Positions 28,493 to 38,007 of a stretch of 54,116 bases of DNA are shown here, piece after piece. Within the stretch, counting starts at the first letter, position 1. Each line of letters begins with the position of its first letter. Under the pieces are notes generated by a model. The model made no database searches. It was not told where the DNA came from and saw nothing but the letters and a program-made list of their open reading frames with translations. The position numbers and the translations under genes were made by a program. Source of the stretch: an uncultured Lachnospiraceae bacterium (GTDB lineage Bacteria; Bacillota; Clostridia; Oscillospirales; CAG-272); contig CAYQEY010000002.1 of assembly GCA_964416635.1 (NCBI GenBank), positions 1 to 54,116 of the forward strand, in the 5' to 3' direction.

Positions 28493-30730
28493 TCAGTCGT
28501 TTGCGGCAACCGAGTAGCAATAGCTGCCCTCCGTCACCTTCTCACTTGTGCCGTCGGGAAGCGTTACATTCGCCTCGCATCCGGCAGGCACAGTAATTTC
28601 AAAGTTTATTCTGTCGCCCGTGTAATACCACGCGCTTTCCATTTTTCCGCGCACTGTGTCTATCGAGCATCTTGCAAAGCCGAGACGTCTGCAGGGCTTC
28701 GGTGCAATATTGACCTTTGAATATCCCGCACCGTCCTCTGCGATCTCGACGCCGCAGATCTTGCCGTACATCCAGTCTCCCACGCATCCGTATGCATAGT
28801 GATTGAAGGAATTCATCGAGTCGCTCCAAAAGCTTCCGTCCTCCTTTATGGAGTTCCAGTGTTCCCACATGGTAGTCGCACCCCTGTTGACCGAGTAGAG
28901 CCACGAGGGGTTATCCTCGTTGAAGAAGAGCTTGTACGCAAGCTCCTGCTTGCCATTCTCGGAAAGCACGTGGAGAATGTAGGGAGTACCGAGAAATCCC
29001 GTGGACATTCTGTCACCAAAGAGATGAATGAGCTCTTCCAGCTTGTCCGCAAGTTCCGCTCTCTCCTCCTGCGTGCAAAGGCCGAAGTGAAGAATGAGCG
29101 TGATAGCAGTCTGCGTCATGCCGTGTCTGTCCTCGTTTGCGATCGGTTTTCCGATATTCGATGCATCTCCCTTGGGCATTCCGTTTTCCATAAAGTACTC
29201 GCGGAAACGAGTCCATATCTTTTTATACATCTTGCGATATTCGCTCATATCCTTGCCGAGCACCTCGCCCGCGCGGATAAGCAGATCGGTCGAGTGTGCA
29301 AAGAACGCGCTCGCGATAAGGTCAGGCGAGCTTGCGCCCTCCCAGCTGTCCTCGCCCGAATCGTGAGCAAGCCAGTCACCGTAATGCTCTCCGCCAAGCC
29401 AAAGATACTCCTCGGGTCCCGCATTGTGCTGATATTCCACCCAACGGCGCATCAGTTCAAAGTTTTCGGCAAGAAAGCTTTCATCGCCGTAAAGCTCATA
29501 CATCGTCCAGGGCGCGATCGTTGCAACGTCGCCCCAGCCTGCGGATACACGGGTCCTGTATCCGCTTTTGAATTTCTCGGGACATACTCCGCGCACGCCG
29601 CCGTCCTCATCCTGCTCCGGGCGAAGATCTCCGAGCCACTTTTTGAAGAATCGGCGCACGTCGTAATTTATTCCCGCGACCTTGCAGAATACCTGAGCAT
29701 CGCCCGTCCATCCGAGACGTTCGTCTCTCTGCGGACAATCGGTGGGTATGTCGAGATAGTTGCTCTTCTGTCCCCAAATAATGTTGTGGTAAAGCTGATT
29801 TATCTTTGCATCTCCGCATACGAAGTTACCCGTTCGACGGAGGTCGGAATGTACGGCAATCGCCCTGAAAGCATTGATATCGACGTCTATATCCGGATAC
29901 TCGTCTATGCGGACGTATCTGAAGCCCTGGAAGCTGTACGACGGCTTGAAGTTATCCTCTTCGCCGCTGAGCACGAAAGTGATAATATTAGCCGCACCGC
30001 GGTAGTTTTTGTTGTAAAAATTTCCGTCCTTATCAAGTACCTCTGCGCAGGAAAGAACTATTCTCTCCCCTCTCTTGCCCTTGATATTGACCGAAACGTA
30101 GCCCGTCATATTCTGACCGAAATCAATGACTCTCTCGCCCTTGGGCGTAACGATGAGACGTGAGGGCTTTATCGTCTCGTTTTCGACGATATCCGCACCA
30201 ACCTGAGCTATCACCGGGAAAGTACGATCGGATATGAGCGCCTTTCCGTAGCACTTTATCTCTGCCGTTCTGTCGATGGTCTCGCCGCCGTAAATATCCG
30301 AGAAGGTTACCTCGGAATTGTAAACGTCCCAGCTTTCGTCGGTGGCGATATATTCAACTCTGCCGTCGGCGTAGGTCAGCTCGATCTGAGCTATGGCGCA
30401 AACTCGGTCGTTGTATAGCTTGAAATCTCCCGCGTAACCTAACTGTCCGACCGCCCATCCCGGAGCCACGCCGATCTCTACAATATTATTTGCCTTTATT
30501 TGCTCAGTTATGTCAACCGTCTGGTACTGAACTCTGTGATTATACGATGTCCAACCGGGTGTGAGCACCTGTCTGCCTATCTTGACGCCGTTTATAGAAG
30601 CCTTATAGGTTCCGAGTCCGCTGACTTTGATCAACGCTTTCACAACGCCGTCATCGGAAAATTCTTTTTTGAATACGACAGCCTCCCCGTCGACGACAAC
30701 AGGGCTTACGATCCATTTTGCGAGTTTCAT
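28493..30730 (-). CDS. Alpha-L-rhamnosidase (GH78)
   Basis: PTDCPQRDERLGWTGDAQVF signature and the (alpha/alpha)6 catalytic region. Size about 745 aa. The start is at M9 with an AGGAGG SD. Confidence 0.85.
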   Translation of the reverse strand: MKLAKWIVSPVVVDGEAVVFKKEFSDDGVVKALIKVSGLGTYKASINGVKIGRQVLTPGWTSYNHRVQYQTVDITEQIKANNIVEIGVAPGWAVGQLGYAGDFKLYNDRVCAIAQIELTYADGRVEYIATDESWDVYNSEVTFSDIYGGETIDRTAEIKCYGKALISDRTFPVIAQVGADIVENETIKPSRLIVTPKGERVIDFGQNMTGYVSVNIKGKRGERIVLSCAEVLDKDGNFYNKNYRGAANIITFVLSGEEDNFKPSYSFQGFRYVRIDEYPDIDVDINAFRAIAVHSDLRRTGNFVCGDAKINQLYHNIIWGQKSNYLDIPTDCPQRDERLGWTGDAQVFCKVAGINYDVRRFFKKWLGDLRPEQDEDGGVRGVCPEKFKSGYRTRVSAGWGDVATIAPWTMYELYGDESFLAENFELMRRWVEYQHNAGPEEYLWLGGEHYGDWLAHDSGEDSWEGASSPDLIASAFFAHSTDLLIRAGEVLGKDMSEYRKMYKKIWTRFREYFMENGMPKGDASNIGKPIANEDRHGMTQTAITLILHFGLCTQEERAELADKLEELIHLFGDRMSTGFLGTPYILHVLSENGKQELAYKLFFNEDNPSWLYSVNRGATTMWEHWNSIKEDGSFWSDSMNSFNHYAYGCVGDWMYGKICGVEIAEDGAGYSKVNIAPKPCRRLGFARCSIDTVRGKMESAWYYTGDRINFEITVPAGCEANVTLPDGTSEKVTEGSYCYSVAAND

Positions 30731-30901
30731 TTTTTCCTCCTGATAAAAATGCAATATTGTATATTATATTATAAATCCAATTGTAAAGAAAGTCAATAAA
30801 AAACCTTTATTTTTTCTGTAAAGTATGTTATAATGTATATGGTTATGCAGTCGGTAAGGAAATTCCGCTTTTATTTGCAGAGAACCCTTAAGGAGAAACA
30901 A

Positions 30902-32842
30902 ATGAAAAAAGAAGCTCTCGGAAAAATAATATCGAACATAAAGACGGATCTGCCATCGCTCTGCCTCTCGGCACTCGGCGGCTGGTTTCTGTCACTGTTC
31001 ATATTCACATTGACACTCAGTGAAAATTTCACGAGCGTACCGAAATTCGCAAGCTCGGTTCCGCTCGTTCCGTTTGTCGCATCTGTATTGATACTCGGCA
31101 CGATAATATATCTCGCACAGCGATTTCTTTGGAGCAAGGCATTACCCACAGCGATATCGGCATCCTTTTTTCTGTACGCCATAGCATCGATAGCAAATAC
31201 CTCTGGCAACTCAAACACCCGTGCCTACACGGCTCTCGTATTCATTCTCTTTTCGCTTGCCGTTGCCGCTTTGATAATGAACTTCATAAAGAGTCAAAAT
31301 ATTTCTCTTTCGACGCGTGACATAAGTCCCCTGACCTCATTCGTCATAGTCGGAGTTGCTTTCGTCGCACTCTCCGCATACTTTATCTGCGTACTGGGAG
31401 CTCGGACTGCGTGCTACTGTTCACCCTGCTACGACATGGGAATTTTCGCGCAGATGTACGACAATATGACCGAAACCTTTCTTCCCATGACCACCTGCGA
31501 GCGCGGAGAATATCTCTCGCATTTTGCGGTACATTTCTCGCCGGTCCTCTACCTGCTTCTCCCCTTCTGCTATATCTTTAAAGTGACCGACGTGCTCGTT
31601 TGGGCACAGATACTCGCGGTCTTCTCGGGAGTTTTTCCGCTTCTGCTTATCTGCCGCCGCATCAGGCTGTCCAACGTAAAATCGACTCTCATATGCCTCG
31701 TTTTCCTCTTTTATCCCGCTATGAGCAGCGGTGCCTTCTATGACTTTCATGAGAATGCATTCCTCGCTCCGCTGATACTTTGGACGCTCTATTTCGTCCA
31801 CGTCGAAAAGTGGATACCCACTTTCATCTTTGCGCTCGGCGTGCTGAGTGTAAAGGAGGATGCGGCACTCTACATCGCGTTTATAGCCCTTTTCGTTATC
31901 TTTTCGCGTAAAAAGATATGGCAGGGTATCGGACTTTTCATGCTTGCGCTCTGCTATTTCTTCTTTGCTACGTATATGCTGATGCAGGGCGGAGAGGGTA
32001 TAATGCTCGGAGGACGGTATTACAATATCATAGGCTCGAATGGCGGATTTACAGACCTCATCCGCGTCGCACTCGTCAATCCCGCGCTCTACGCCGCAGA
32101 GAGCTTTACCCCCGAAAAGCTGCTCTATTCTTTAAATATGCTGCTCCCCGTCGGTCTTCTGCCGCTCATGACACGCAAGCCGTCGCGTTGGTTGCTTATC
32201 GCGCCTCTATTCGTCATGAATCTGATATCCGACTATCAATACCAGTACAATCTCACCTTCCAATATTCCTTCGGCTCAGGCTCGCTGCTCGTCTATGCCG
32301 CGGCACTGAATCTCGCAGATATGTCGGATGCACCATTCGCCTGCCCCGCGCTCCCGAGCGAGAGCGACGATGCAGCCGAAAAGTCCCATGTGATGAAAAG
32401 ATTTGCGGCTGGTGCCTCTGCCACAGTCATCTCTCTCGCGCTGACTGCTTCGGTATTTCTCAGCGCGGCTCGCGCGCCGAGCGAATTTTTCTACGTGGAA
32501 CGCTATTTTGCCGAGTCAGAGACCTTTGACACGGTCGACGACGTGCTATCGCGCATTGACCGTTCGAAATCGGTCATGGCGACCTCTATGTATCTGACAC
32601 ATCTCTATGACGTCGACGAGCTCTACCATTCCTCGCAGGCGACCAAGGAGATGAAAAGCATATCGGGCGATAAGGTCGTCGGATATTCGATACTCATTGA
32701 GACCGACGTTGTCGTGCTCGACCTGCGGCCTTACGTTTCGGACGCAGACGACGCAGAGCTATACGTGAGAGCATATACCGCCGCGGGATATAAGACAGTT
32801 GAAAAGCACGAGAACATAATTCTCGTAATGGAAAAGCAATAG
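30902..32842 (+). CDS. DUF2079 family integral membrane protein (GT-C-like predicted glycosyltransferase fold)
   Basis: Many TM segments, with a CYDMGIFAQMYDNM ... HFSPVLYLLLP motif region typical of DUF2079. The start is at M24 with an AAGGAG SD. Confidence 0.65.
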   Translation: MKKEALGKIISNIKTDLPSLCLSALGGWFLSLFIFTLTLSENFTSVPKFASSVPLVPFVASVLILGTIIYLAQRFLWSKALPTAISASFFLYAIASIANTSGNSNTRAYTALVFILFSLAVAALIMNFIKSQNISLSTRDISPLTSFVIVGVAFVALSAYFICVLGARTACYCSPCYDMGIFAQMYDNMTETFLPMTTCERGEYLSHFAVHFSPVLYLLLPFCYIFKVTDVLVWAQILAVFSGVFPLLLICRRIRLSNVKSTLICLVFLFYPAMSSGAFYDFHENAFLAPLILWTLYFVHVEKWIPTFIFALGVLSVKEDAALYIAFIALFVIFSRKKIWQGIGLFMLALCYFFFATYMLMQGGEGIMLGGRYYNIIGSNGGFTDLIRVALVNPALYAAESFTPEKLLYSLNMLLPVGLLPLMTRKPSRWLLIAPLFVMNLISDYQYQYNLTFQYSFGSGSLLVYAAALNLADMSDAPFACPALPSESDDAAEKSHVMKRFAAGASATVISLALTASVFLSAARAPSEFFYVERYFAESETFDTVDDVLSRIDRSKSVMATSMYLTHLYDVDELYHSSQATKEMKSISGDKVVGYSILIETDVVVLDLRPYVSDADDAELYVRAYTAAGYKTVEKHENIILVMEKQ

Positions 32843-32903
32843 CCTTTTTAAGTACACATCGTAACTTTATTTTTCCTCATAAAAAGAATTATGAATAAAA
32901 TAC

Positions 32904-32932
32904 TTGCAAATGCAGGAAAACTGTGATATAAT
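32904..32932 (+). promoter_or_regulatory. Sigma-A type promoter for prfB (TTGCAA-17-TGaTATAAT)
   Basis: TTGCAA at 32904-32909 and TATAAT at 32927-32932, with a 17-nt spacer and an extended -10 TG. Confidence 0.55.
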
Positions 32933-33056
32933 AAATCGTTATGATATGTAAAATAATGAAATGAAGTGGCTTACCATGGGAGATCTTATGTAATACTACA
33001 GACCGTTGGATATCTGAAAATACTGATAAGAGTGGCTATGCCACGGGAGGTTTTAA

Positions 33057-34163
33057 TTGATTATTGCACTTGAAGAAGCTAAATATAAATTGATGGGAAT
33101 GAGAGCCGATATTGATGATCTCGGCTCGGCTCTCCGGATCGACGAACTCCGCGCTACCGTCGAAGAGCTTGATGCCAAGACGCTTGACCCTGATTTCTGG
33201 TCTAACGCCGAGAACTCCTCAAGCGTGCTCCAGAAGCTCAAGCAGACCAAAGATACAATAGAGAATTACGAAGCCCTCAGGGCTCGCCTCGAGGACGCCA
33301 TAACACTTGCGGAAATGGCTATTGAGGAAAACGATGAGTCATATGTCGGTGAGGTCGAAGCCGAGCTTGCCGCCATCATCAAGGAAGCCGAGAACAAGAG
33401 GATCGAGATACTTCTTTCCGGTGAGTATGACAAAAACAACGCCATCGTCTCCTTCCACCCCGGTGCGGGAGGTACCGAGGCGCAGGACTGGGCTCAGATG
33501 CTCTACCGTATGATCACGCGCTGGGCAGAGCGCAAGGGCTACAAATACAAGCTGCTTGATTGGCTCGACGGCGACGCCGCAGGAATCAAGAGTGCGACCA
33601 TTATGGTCGAGGGACTTAACGCATACGGCTACCTCAAGGCGGAAAACGGAGTTCACAGACTCGTCCGAGTTTCTCCATTCGACGCCGCAGGCAGACGTCA
33701 GACATCTTTCGCATCGATCGAGGTAATGCCCGAGTTCGATCAGCTCGACAAGGTCGAGATCCGCGAGGAAGATATTGAGGTCACGGCGCACCGCTCGAGC
33801 GGTGCAGGCGGTCAGCACATCAACAAGACCGACTCCGCGATCAGAATACTTCATAAGCCCACCGGGATCGTAGTGGGATGTCAGACCGAGCGCTCACAGC
33901 TCCAGAACAAGGAAACCGCCATGAAAATGCTCAAGGCAAAGCTGATGGAGATAAAGCTGCGCGAGCGTCTTGATACGATCGAGGATATCAAGGGAAATAA
34001 GACCAACATAGAGTGGGGCTCGCAGATATGCTCATATGTATTTATGCCTTATACTCTCGCAAAGGACACGCGCACGGGTTATGAGGACGGAAACATCTCG
34101 GCGGTCATGGACGGAGAGATCGATGAGTTCATCAACGCATATCTCAAGATGAACGCAAAATAA
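33057..34163 (+). CDS. prfB: Peptide chain release factor 2, encoded in a single frame (no programmed +1 frameshift), TTG start
   Basis: SPF tripeptide (RVSPFDA) and GGQ (SGAGGQHINK). GGGAGG lies 6 nt upstream of the TTG. The N-terminal about 26 aa are continuous with the rest of the protein. Confidence 0.9.
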   Translation: MIIALEEAKYKLMGMRADIDDLGSALRIDELRATVEELDAKTLDPDFWSNAENSSSVLQKLKQTKDTIENYEALRARLEDAITLAEMAIEENDESYVGEVEAELAAIIKEAENKRIEILLSGEYDKNNAIVSFHPGAGGTEAQDWAQMLYRMITRWAERKGYKYKLLDWLDGDAAGIKSATIMVEGLNAYGYLKAENGVHRLVRVSPFDAAGRRQTSFASIEVMPEFDQLDKVEIREEDIEVTAHRSSGAGGQHINKTDSAIRILHKPTGIVVGCQTERSQLQNKETAMKMLKAKLMEIKLRERLDTIEDIKGNKTNIEWGSQICSYVFMPYTLAKDTRTGYEDGNISAVMDGEIDEFINAYLKMNAK

Positions 34164-34173
34164 AGTTTATATT

Positions 34174-34209
34174 AAATCGCTCTTATCGGAAGACAAGAGC
34201 GATTTTTTA
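34174..34209 (+). terminator. Intrinsic terminator after prfB
   Basis: Stem AAATCGCTCTT / AAGAGCGATTT followed by a T-run. Confidence 0.7.
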
Positions 34210-34238
34210 TTGACATATACTGAAAAATATATTATAAT
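34210..34238 (+). promoter_or_regulatory. Consensus sigma-A promoter (TTGACA-17-TATAAT)
   Basis: TTGACA at 34210-34215 and TATAAT at 34233-34238, upstream of the U32 gene. Confidence 0.6.
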
Positions 34239-34289
34239 GTACAATGAAATGTTATGCAAAATAAAATTTTATCGAAAGTGAATTTTGAT

Positions 34290-35549
34290 ATGCCTGAACT
34301 TTTGTCCCCTGCGGGAAATTTTGAAAAGCTTAAAGCTGCGCTCCTCTACGGCGCAGATGCAGTATATCTGGCAGGCACGCGCTTCGGTATGCGCTCTGCC
34401 GCCGATAATTTTACGGATGACGAGCTGTTCGCCGCCGCTGAATACGTCCACGCACGCGGCAAAAAGCTCTATCTTACGCTCAATACAATGCCGCACGCTC
34501 ACGAATACGCTCCCCTTCGCGAATTTCTCAATTCGGTCAAGGGGGCTCATATAGATGCGTTTATCGTGGCAGACCTCGGTGTTATGTCGCTTTTAAAGTC
34601 GGTCATACCCGACGCGGAAATACATGTCTCGACTCAGGCAAGCATCGTCAGCCCCGAGGCGGCTCTGGCTTACGTTGCGCTCGGTGCAAAGCGTCTTGTG
34701 CTTGCGCGCGAGCTGACGCTTCCCGAAATCAAGAAAATAAAAGCCGCAATACCCGAACACGTCGAGCTTGAAGCCTTCGTTCACGGCTCAATGTGCGTTT
34801 CCTACAGCGGCAGATGTATGCTCTCAAACAGCCTCACCGGACGCGATGCCAACCGCGGTGCCTGCGCACAGCCCTGCCGCTGGGGATACACGATAACCGA
34901 GGAAAAACGACCGGATCAGCCCTACCCCATAGAGCAGAACGAACTCGGCACGTTTATCATGTCCTCAAAGGATATGTGCACGATATCGATCCTTCCCGAA
35001 CTTATAGAGGCAGGTATCGATTCCTTCAAGATCGAGGGACGCATGAAGAGCGCCTACTACGCCGCCGTGGTCACAAATTCCTACCGCATGGCAATAGACT
35101 CCTATCTGCGCGATCCCGAAGGATATTCATTCGACGCACGCCTTATACGCGAGCTCGAAAGCGTTTCGCATCGCGAATACTGCACGGGATTTTATCTTGA
35201 CGATCCTATGGAAAACCCGCAGATGTCAACTATGAACGGCTATATCCGCGAAAAAGCGTACTTCGCAACGGCACTTGACAAAAACGAGCTTCCCCTGCCG
35301 GCATATCTTGAAAAGACAAACGAAAAGGGCACTCTTGCCCCCTTTATTCAGCGCAATAAAATAAAACTCGGCGATCTTGCCGAGATGATCTCGCCATCAA
35401 AATTCGGAAGAGCCTTTAAGGTAGAGGAGCTGTATTCCGAGGACGGAGAACCTATAGGATCCGCCCCTCACCCCTCTCAGAAATTCTTTGCCAGAGTTCC
35501 TTTTGAGGTGTGTGCCGGAGATATCATCCGCTCGGGAGATAACGAATAA
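34290..35549 (+). CDS. Peptidase U32 family protein (TrhP/YegQ-like, family linked to tRNA 5-hydroxyuridine synthesis)
   Basis: MPELLSPAGNFEKLKAALLYGADAVYLAG, and EAFVHGSMCVSYSGRCMLS with the conserved Cys pattern. The start is taken at M13. Confidence 0.8.
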   Translation: MPELLSPAGNFEKLKAALLYGADAVYLAGTRFGMRSAADNFTDDELFAAAEYVHARGKKLYLTLNTMPHAHEYAPLREFLNSVKGAHIDAFIVADLGVMSLLKSVIPDAEIHVSTQASIVSPEAALAYVALGAKRLVLARELTLPEIKKIKAAIPEHVELEAFVHGSMCVSYSGRCMLSNSLTGRDANRGACAQPCRWGYTITEEKRPDQPYPIEQNELGTFIMSSKDMCTISILPELIEAGIDSFKIEGRMKSAYYAAVVTNSYRMAIDSYLRDPEGYSFDARLIRELESVSHREYCTGFYLDDPMENPQMSTMNGYIREKAYFATALDKNELPLPAYLEKTNEKGTLAPFIQRNKIKLGDLAEMISPSKFGRAFKVEELYSEDGEPIGSAPHPSQKFFARVPFEVCAGDIIRSGDNE

Positions 35550-35599
35550 AACCGAGCCTCTCCTCATAAGATTCTATTATGAATCCTGTGAGGTGAATT

Positions 35600-36457
35600 A
35601 TGATTACGGAGTATATCAAAGCGATAATATTCGGAATAGTCGAGGGAATTACCGAGTGGCTTCCCATAAGCTCGACAGGGCATCTTATACTGCTTGAGCG
35701 CTTTATTTCGCTCAACGTAGGCGAGGGCGAGATTGCGGAACAATATCGCACGCTTTTCGACGTCGTCATACAACTCGGAGCGATACTTGCCGTTCCGCTG
35801 CTCTACCGAAAAAAGCTGATGCCGTCAACGCGCAAAGCACGCTCGCTTTGGTGCAAGCTCGCACTCGCTACACTTCCCGCCGCGATTATCGGGTTTCTTG
35901 CCGACGCCCTGTGCGAGCACTTTCTCGGTGTCGACCTTGACTATCTGCTCTTCAGACCGCAGATAGTCGCATCCGCTCTAATAGTCTACGGTATGCTTTT
36001 CATAATCGTTGAGCGTCTGACAAAAAACGCCCCGGACTCGCTGAGCGACGTCGGTGCGATATCTTACCGCAGAGCATTTGCAATAGGTTGCTTTCAATCT
36101 CTTGCGCTTGTTCCGGGCACATCGCGCTCGGGCGCTACCATACTCGGAGCACGTGTACTTCGCACCGGCAGAAGCGCTTCGGCGGAGTTCTCTTTTTTCG
36201 CCGCCGTACCTGTCATATGTGCGGCAAGCGCTCTTAAGATATACGATTTTTGCAAATTCTCGATCGAGACGAAAACGGCAATACCGCTTGACATGGCGTC
36301 GCTTCTCATGCTCGCGGGTGCGGTAGCCTTTTCGGTATCGCTCATCTGCATAAGGTTTCTGACCGATTTTATCAAACGGCACAGTTTTGCTCTCTTCGGA
36401 GTTTATCGGATAATACTCGGCGTACTCGTATTCATGTTTTTAAACGATCAAGGATAA
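35600..36457 (+). CDS. uppP: Undecaprenyl-diphosphate phosphatase
   Basis: GIVEGITEWLPISSTGHL signature, PGTSRSGATI, and eight TM segments. Confidence 0.9.
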   Translation: MITEYIKAIIFGIVEGITEWLPISSTGHLILLERFISLNVGEGEIAEQYRTLFDVVIQLGAILAVPLLYRKKLMPSTRKARSLWCKLALATLPAAIIGFLADALCEHFLGVDLDYLLFRPQIVASALIVYGMLFIIVERLTKNAPDSLSDVGAISYRRAFAIGCFQSLALVPGTSRSGATILGARVLRTGRSASAEFSFFAAVPVICAASALKIYDFCKFSIETKTAIPLDMASLLMLAGAVAFSVSLICIRFLTDFIKRHSFALFGVYRIILGVLVFMFLNDQG

Positions 36458-36472
36458 CTAGTCAAGGATAAC

Positions 36473-36678
36473 TATCCAATTGTAAAAGTCCGCACTTTTC
36501 AAATAGGATCCGTTTTTTCGGCGGCTTTGCTGCCGAAAAAACACCGCCGAAACGAGCAAAGCGAGTCCGCGCGCCGAGGGGAGGTGCCAAAATCGCAGAT
36601 TTTGGCAGGCGGCGATAAGCGCGCGTATCCCCGCAGCGCGGGCCCCAATTGTAAAACGCAGTTTTACAATTGACTAAG
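36473..36678. mobile_element. MITE-like insert of about 200 bp with terminal inverted repeats, internal hairpins and flanking direct repeats
   Basis: CAATTGTAAAA at 36477-36487, with its inverted copy in GTTTTACAATTG at 36661-36672. It is flanked by TCAAGGATAAC at 36462-36472 and 36679-36689, with a third copy at 36448-36458 that includes the uppP stop. Internal perfect stems: TGCCAAAATC/GATTTTGGCA and TTTTTCGGC/GCCGAAAAA. Confidence 0.5.
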
Positions 36679-36704
36679 TCAAGGATAACGGAAAGGAAAA
36701 TCAC

Positions 36705-37307
36705 GTGGAAAAGCTTAAGATACCCTACACCATCGTGGTAGAAGGAAAATACGACCGTTTGCGCCTGATGTGCGTATGCGACGCCCGGATAATAACGACC
36801 GACGGCTTTGGAATATTCAAAAAGCAAGAGCGGCTTGCGCTGATACGCAAGCTCAGCACCATTGCCCCCATCATTCTCCTGACCGACAGCGACGGCGCGG
36901 GAAAACTGATACGCTCTTACCTCTCCTCCGCCATACCGAAAGACAGACTTATACAGCTTTATATTCCCAAAATCGAGGGCAAGGAAAAAAGAAAATCCGA
37001 GCCGTCAGCCGAAGGAACGCTTGGCGTTGAGGGAATGGAAGCCGCACTGCTGCATGATCTTCTTGCTCCGTTTGAAAATGGTGAGCGCTTGTCGCGAGCC
37101 TTGGAGAACCCGCTGTCAAAAGCGGATTTCTACCGCGACGGACTATCGGGCAGAGATAACAGCGCCGCGGCGCGCGATATGCTTGCCAAAAGGCTTGAGC
37201 TTCCCGCGGGAATGAGCGCAAATGCGCTTCTCGAGGCACTCAAAATGCTTATTACCTACGAGGAATACAACCAACTTGTAAAGGAACTATATGAACAAAG
37301 AATTTGA
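36705..37307 (+). CDS. Toprim domain protein (DUF4093 / RNase M5-like)
   Basis: GTG start after GGAAAGGA. IVVEGKYD ... LTDSDGAGKLIR are Toprim acidic motifs. It overlaps tcdA by 17 nt. Confidence 0.7.
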   Translation: MEKLKIPYTIVVEGKYDRLRLMCVCDARIITTDGFGIFKKQERLALIRKLSTIAPIILLTDSDGAGKLIRSYLSSAIPKDRLIQLYIPKIEGKEKRKSEPSAEGTLGVEGMEAALLHDLLAPFENGERLSRALENPLSKADFYRDGLSGRDNSAAARDMLAKRLELPAGMSANALLEALKMLITYEEYNQLVKELYEQRI

Positions 37308-38007
37308 ACGCGAAGCGCTTCTCATTGGAGAAGAGGCAATGGAAAAACTGAAAAACGCACGGATCGCTCTTTTCGGAGTCGGAGGTGTCGGCTCGTATGC
37401 GGCTGAAGCACTTGCCCGCTCGGGAGTGGGGCATATCATGCTGGTCGACAACGACATAGTATCGTTGAGCAATATCAACCGTCAGCTCTGTGCTCTTCAC
37501 AGCACTCTCGGGCGCTTTAAGATAGACGTGGTTGCCGAGCGGTTGCTCGACATCAACCACGATATTCACCTCGAGCTTCGCCGCGAATTCGTACTGCCTG
37601 AAAATATCGACTCTTTTGAGCTTCCGAGCTTTGACTACGTCATCGATGCCATTGACACCGTTTCAGCAAAACTCGCAATAGCCGAGGTCTGCTTCTGCTC
37701 CTCCACCCCGCTTATCAGCTCGATGGGCACGGGCAACAAGCAACATCCTACCGAGCTCAGGGTCACCGATATCACCAAGACCAATACCTGCCCGCTTGCG
37801 CGCGTTATGCGCCGAGAGCTTAAAAAGCGCGGTATTTCGCATCTTCGGGTGGTCTATTCCGAAGAAAGCGCCATGACGCCGCTCGAGCGCATTACGACCG
37901 AGGGCGGGAAGGTCGTGCCCGGAAGTCTTGCATTTGTTCCTTCGGTCGCGGGACTTATCGCCGCATCTGAGGCAGTAAATCACTTGATAGCAAAGGAGGA
38001 CGTATAA
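37291..38007 (+). CDS. tcdA: tRNA threonylcarbamoyladenosine dehydratase (ThiF/E1-like)
   Basis: ALFGVGGVGSYAAEALARSGVG...LVDNDIVSLSNINRQ; size about 238 aa. Confidence 0.8.
   Translation: MNKEFEREALLIGEEAMEKLKNARIALFGVGGVGSYAAEALARSGVGHIMLVDNDIVSLSNINRQLCALHSTLGRFKIDVVAERLLDINHDIHLELRREFVLPENIDSFELPSFDYVIDAIDTVSAKLAIAEVCFCSSTPLISSMGTGNKQHPTELRVTDITKTNTCPLARVMRRELKKRGISHLRVVYSEESAMTPLERITTEGGKVVPGSLAFVPSVAGLIAASEAVNHLIAKEDV

Noticed and set aside
30774-30786. 12-nt match (TCCAATTGTAAA) to the left end of the MITE-like element at 36475
   Set aside because: Dozens of 12-mer coincidences are expected by chance in a 54-kb window, and there is no further similarity or second inverted repeat nearby.
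33057-33140. Programmed +1 frameshift site (CTT TGA C) expected in prfB
   Set aside because: I looked for an in-frame TGA near codon 26 and a split ORF. The ORF is continuous from the TTG start, and there is no upstream short ORF in another frame. The gene is therefore annotated as unframeshifted.
36462-36827. 121-aa minus-strand ORF spanning the uppP-toprim spacer
   Set aside because: It covers the MITE-like hairpin-rich insert and overlaps the toprim gene start in antisense. It has no SD and no domain.
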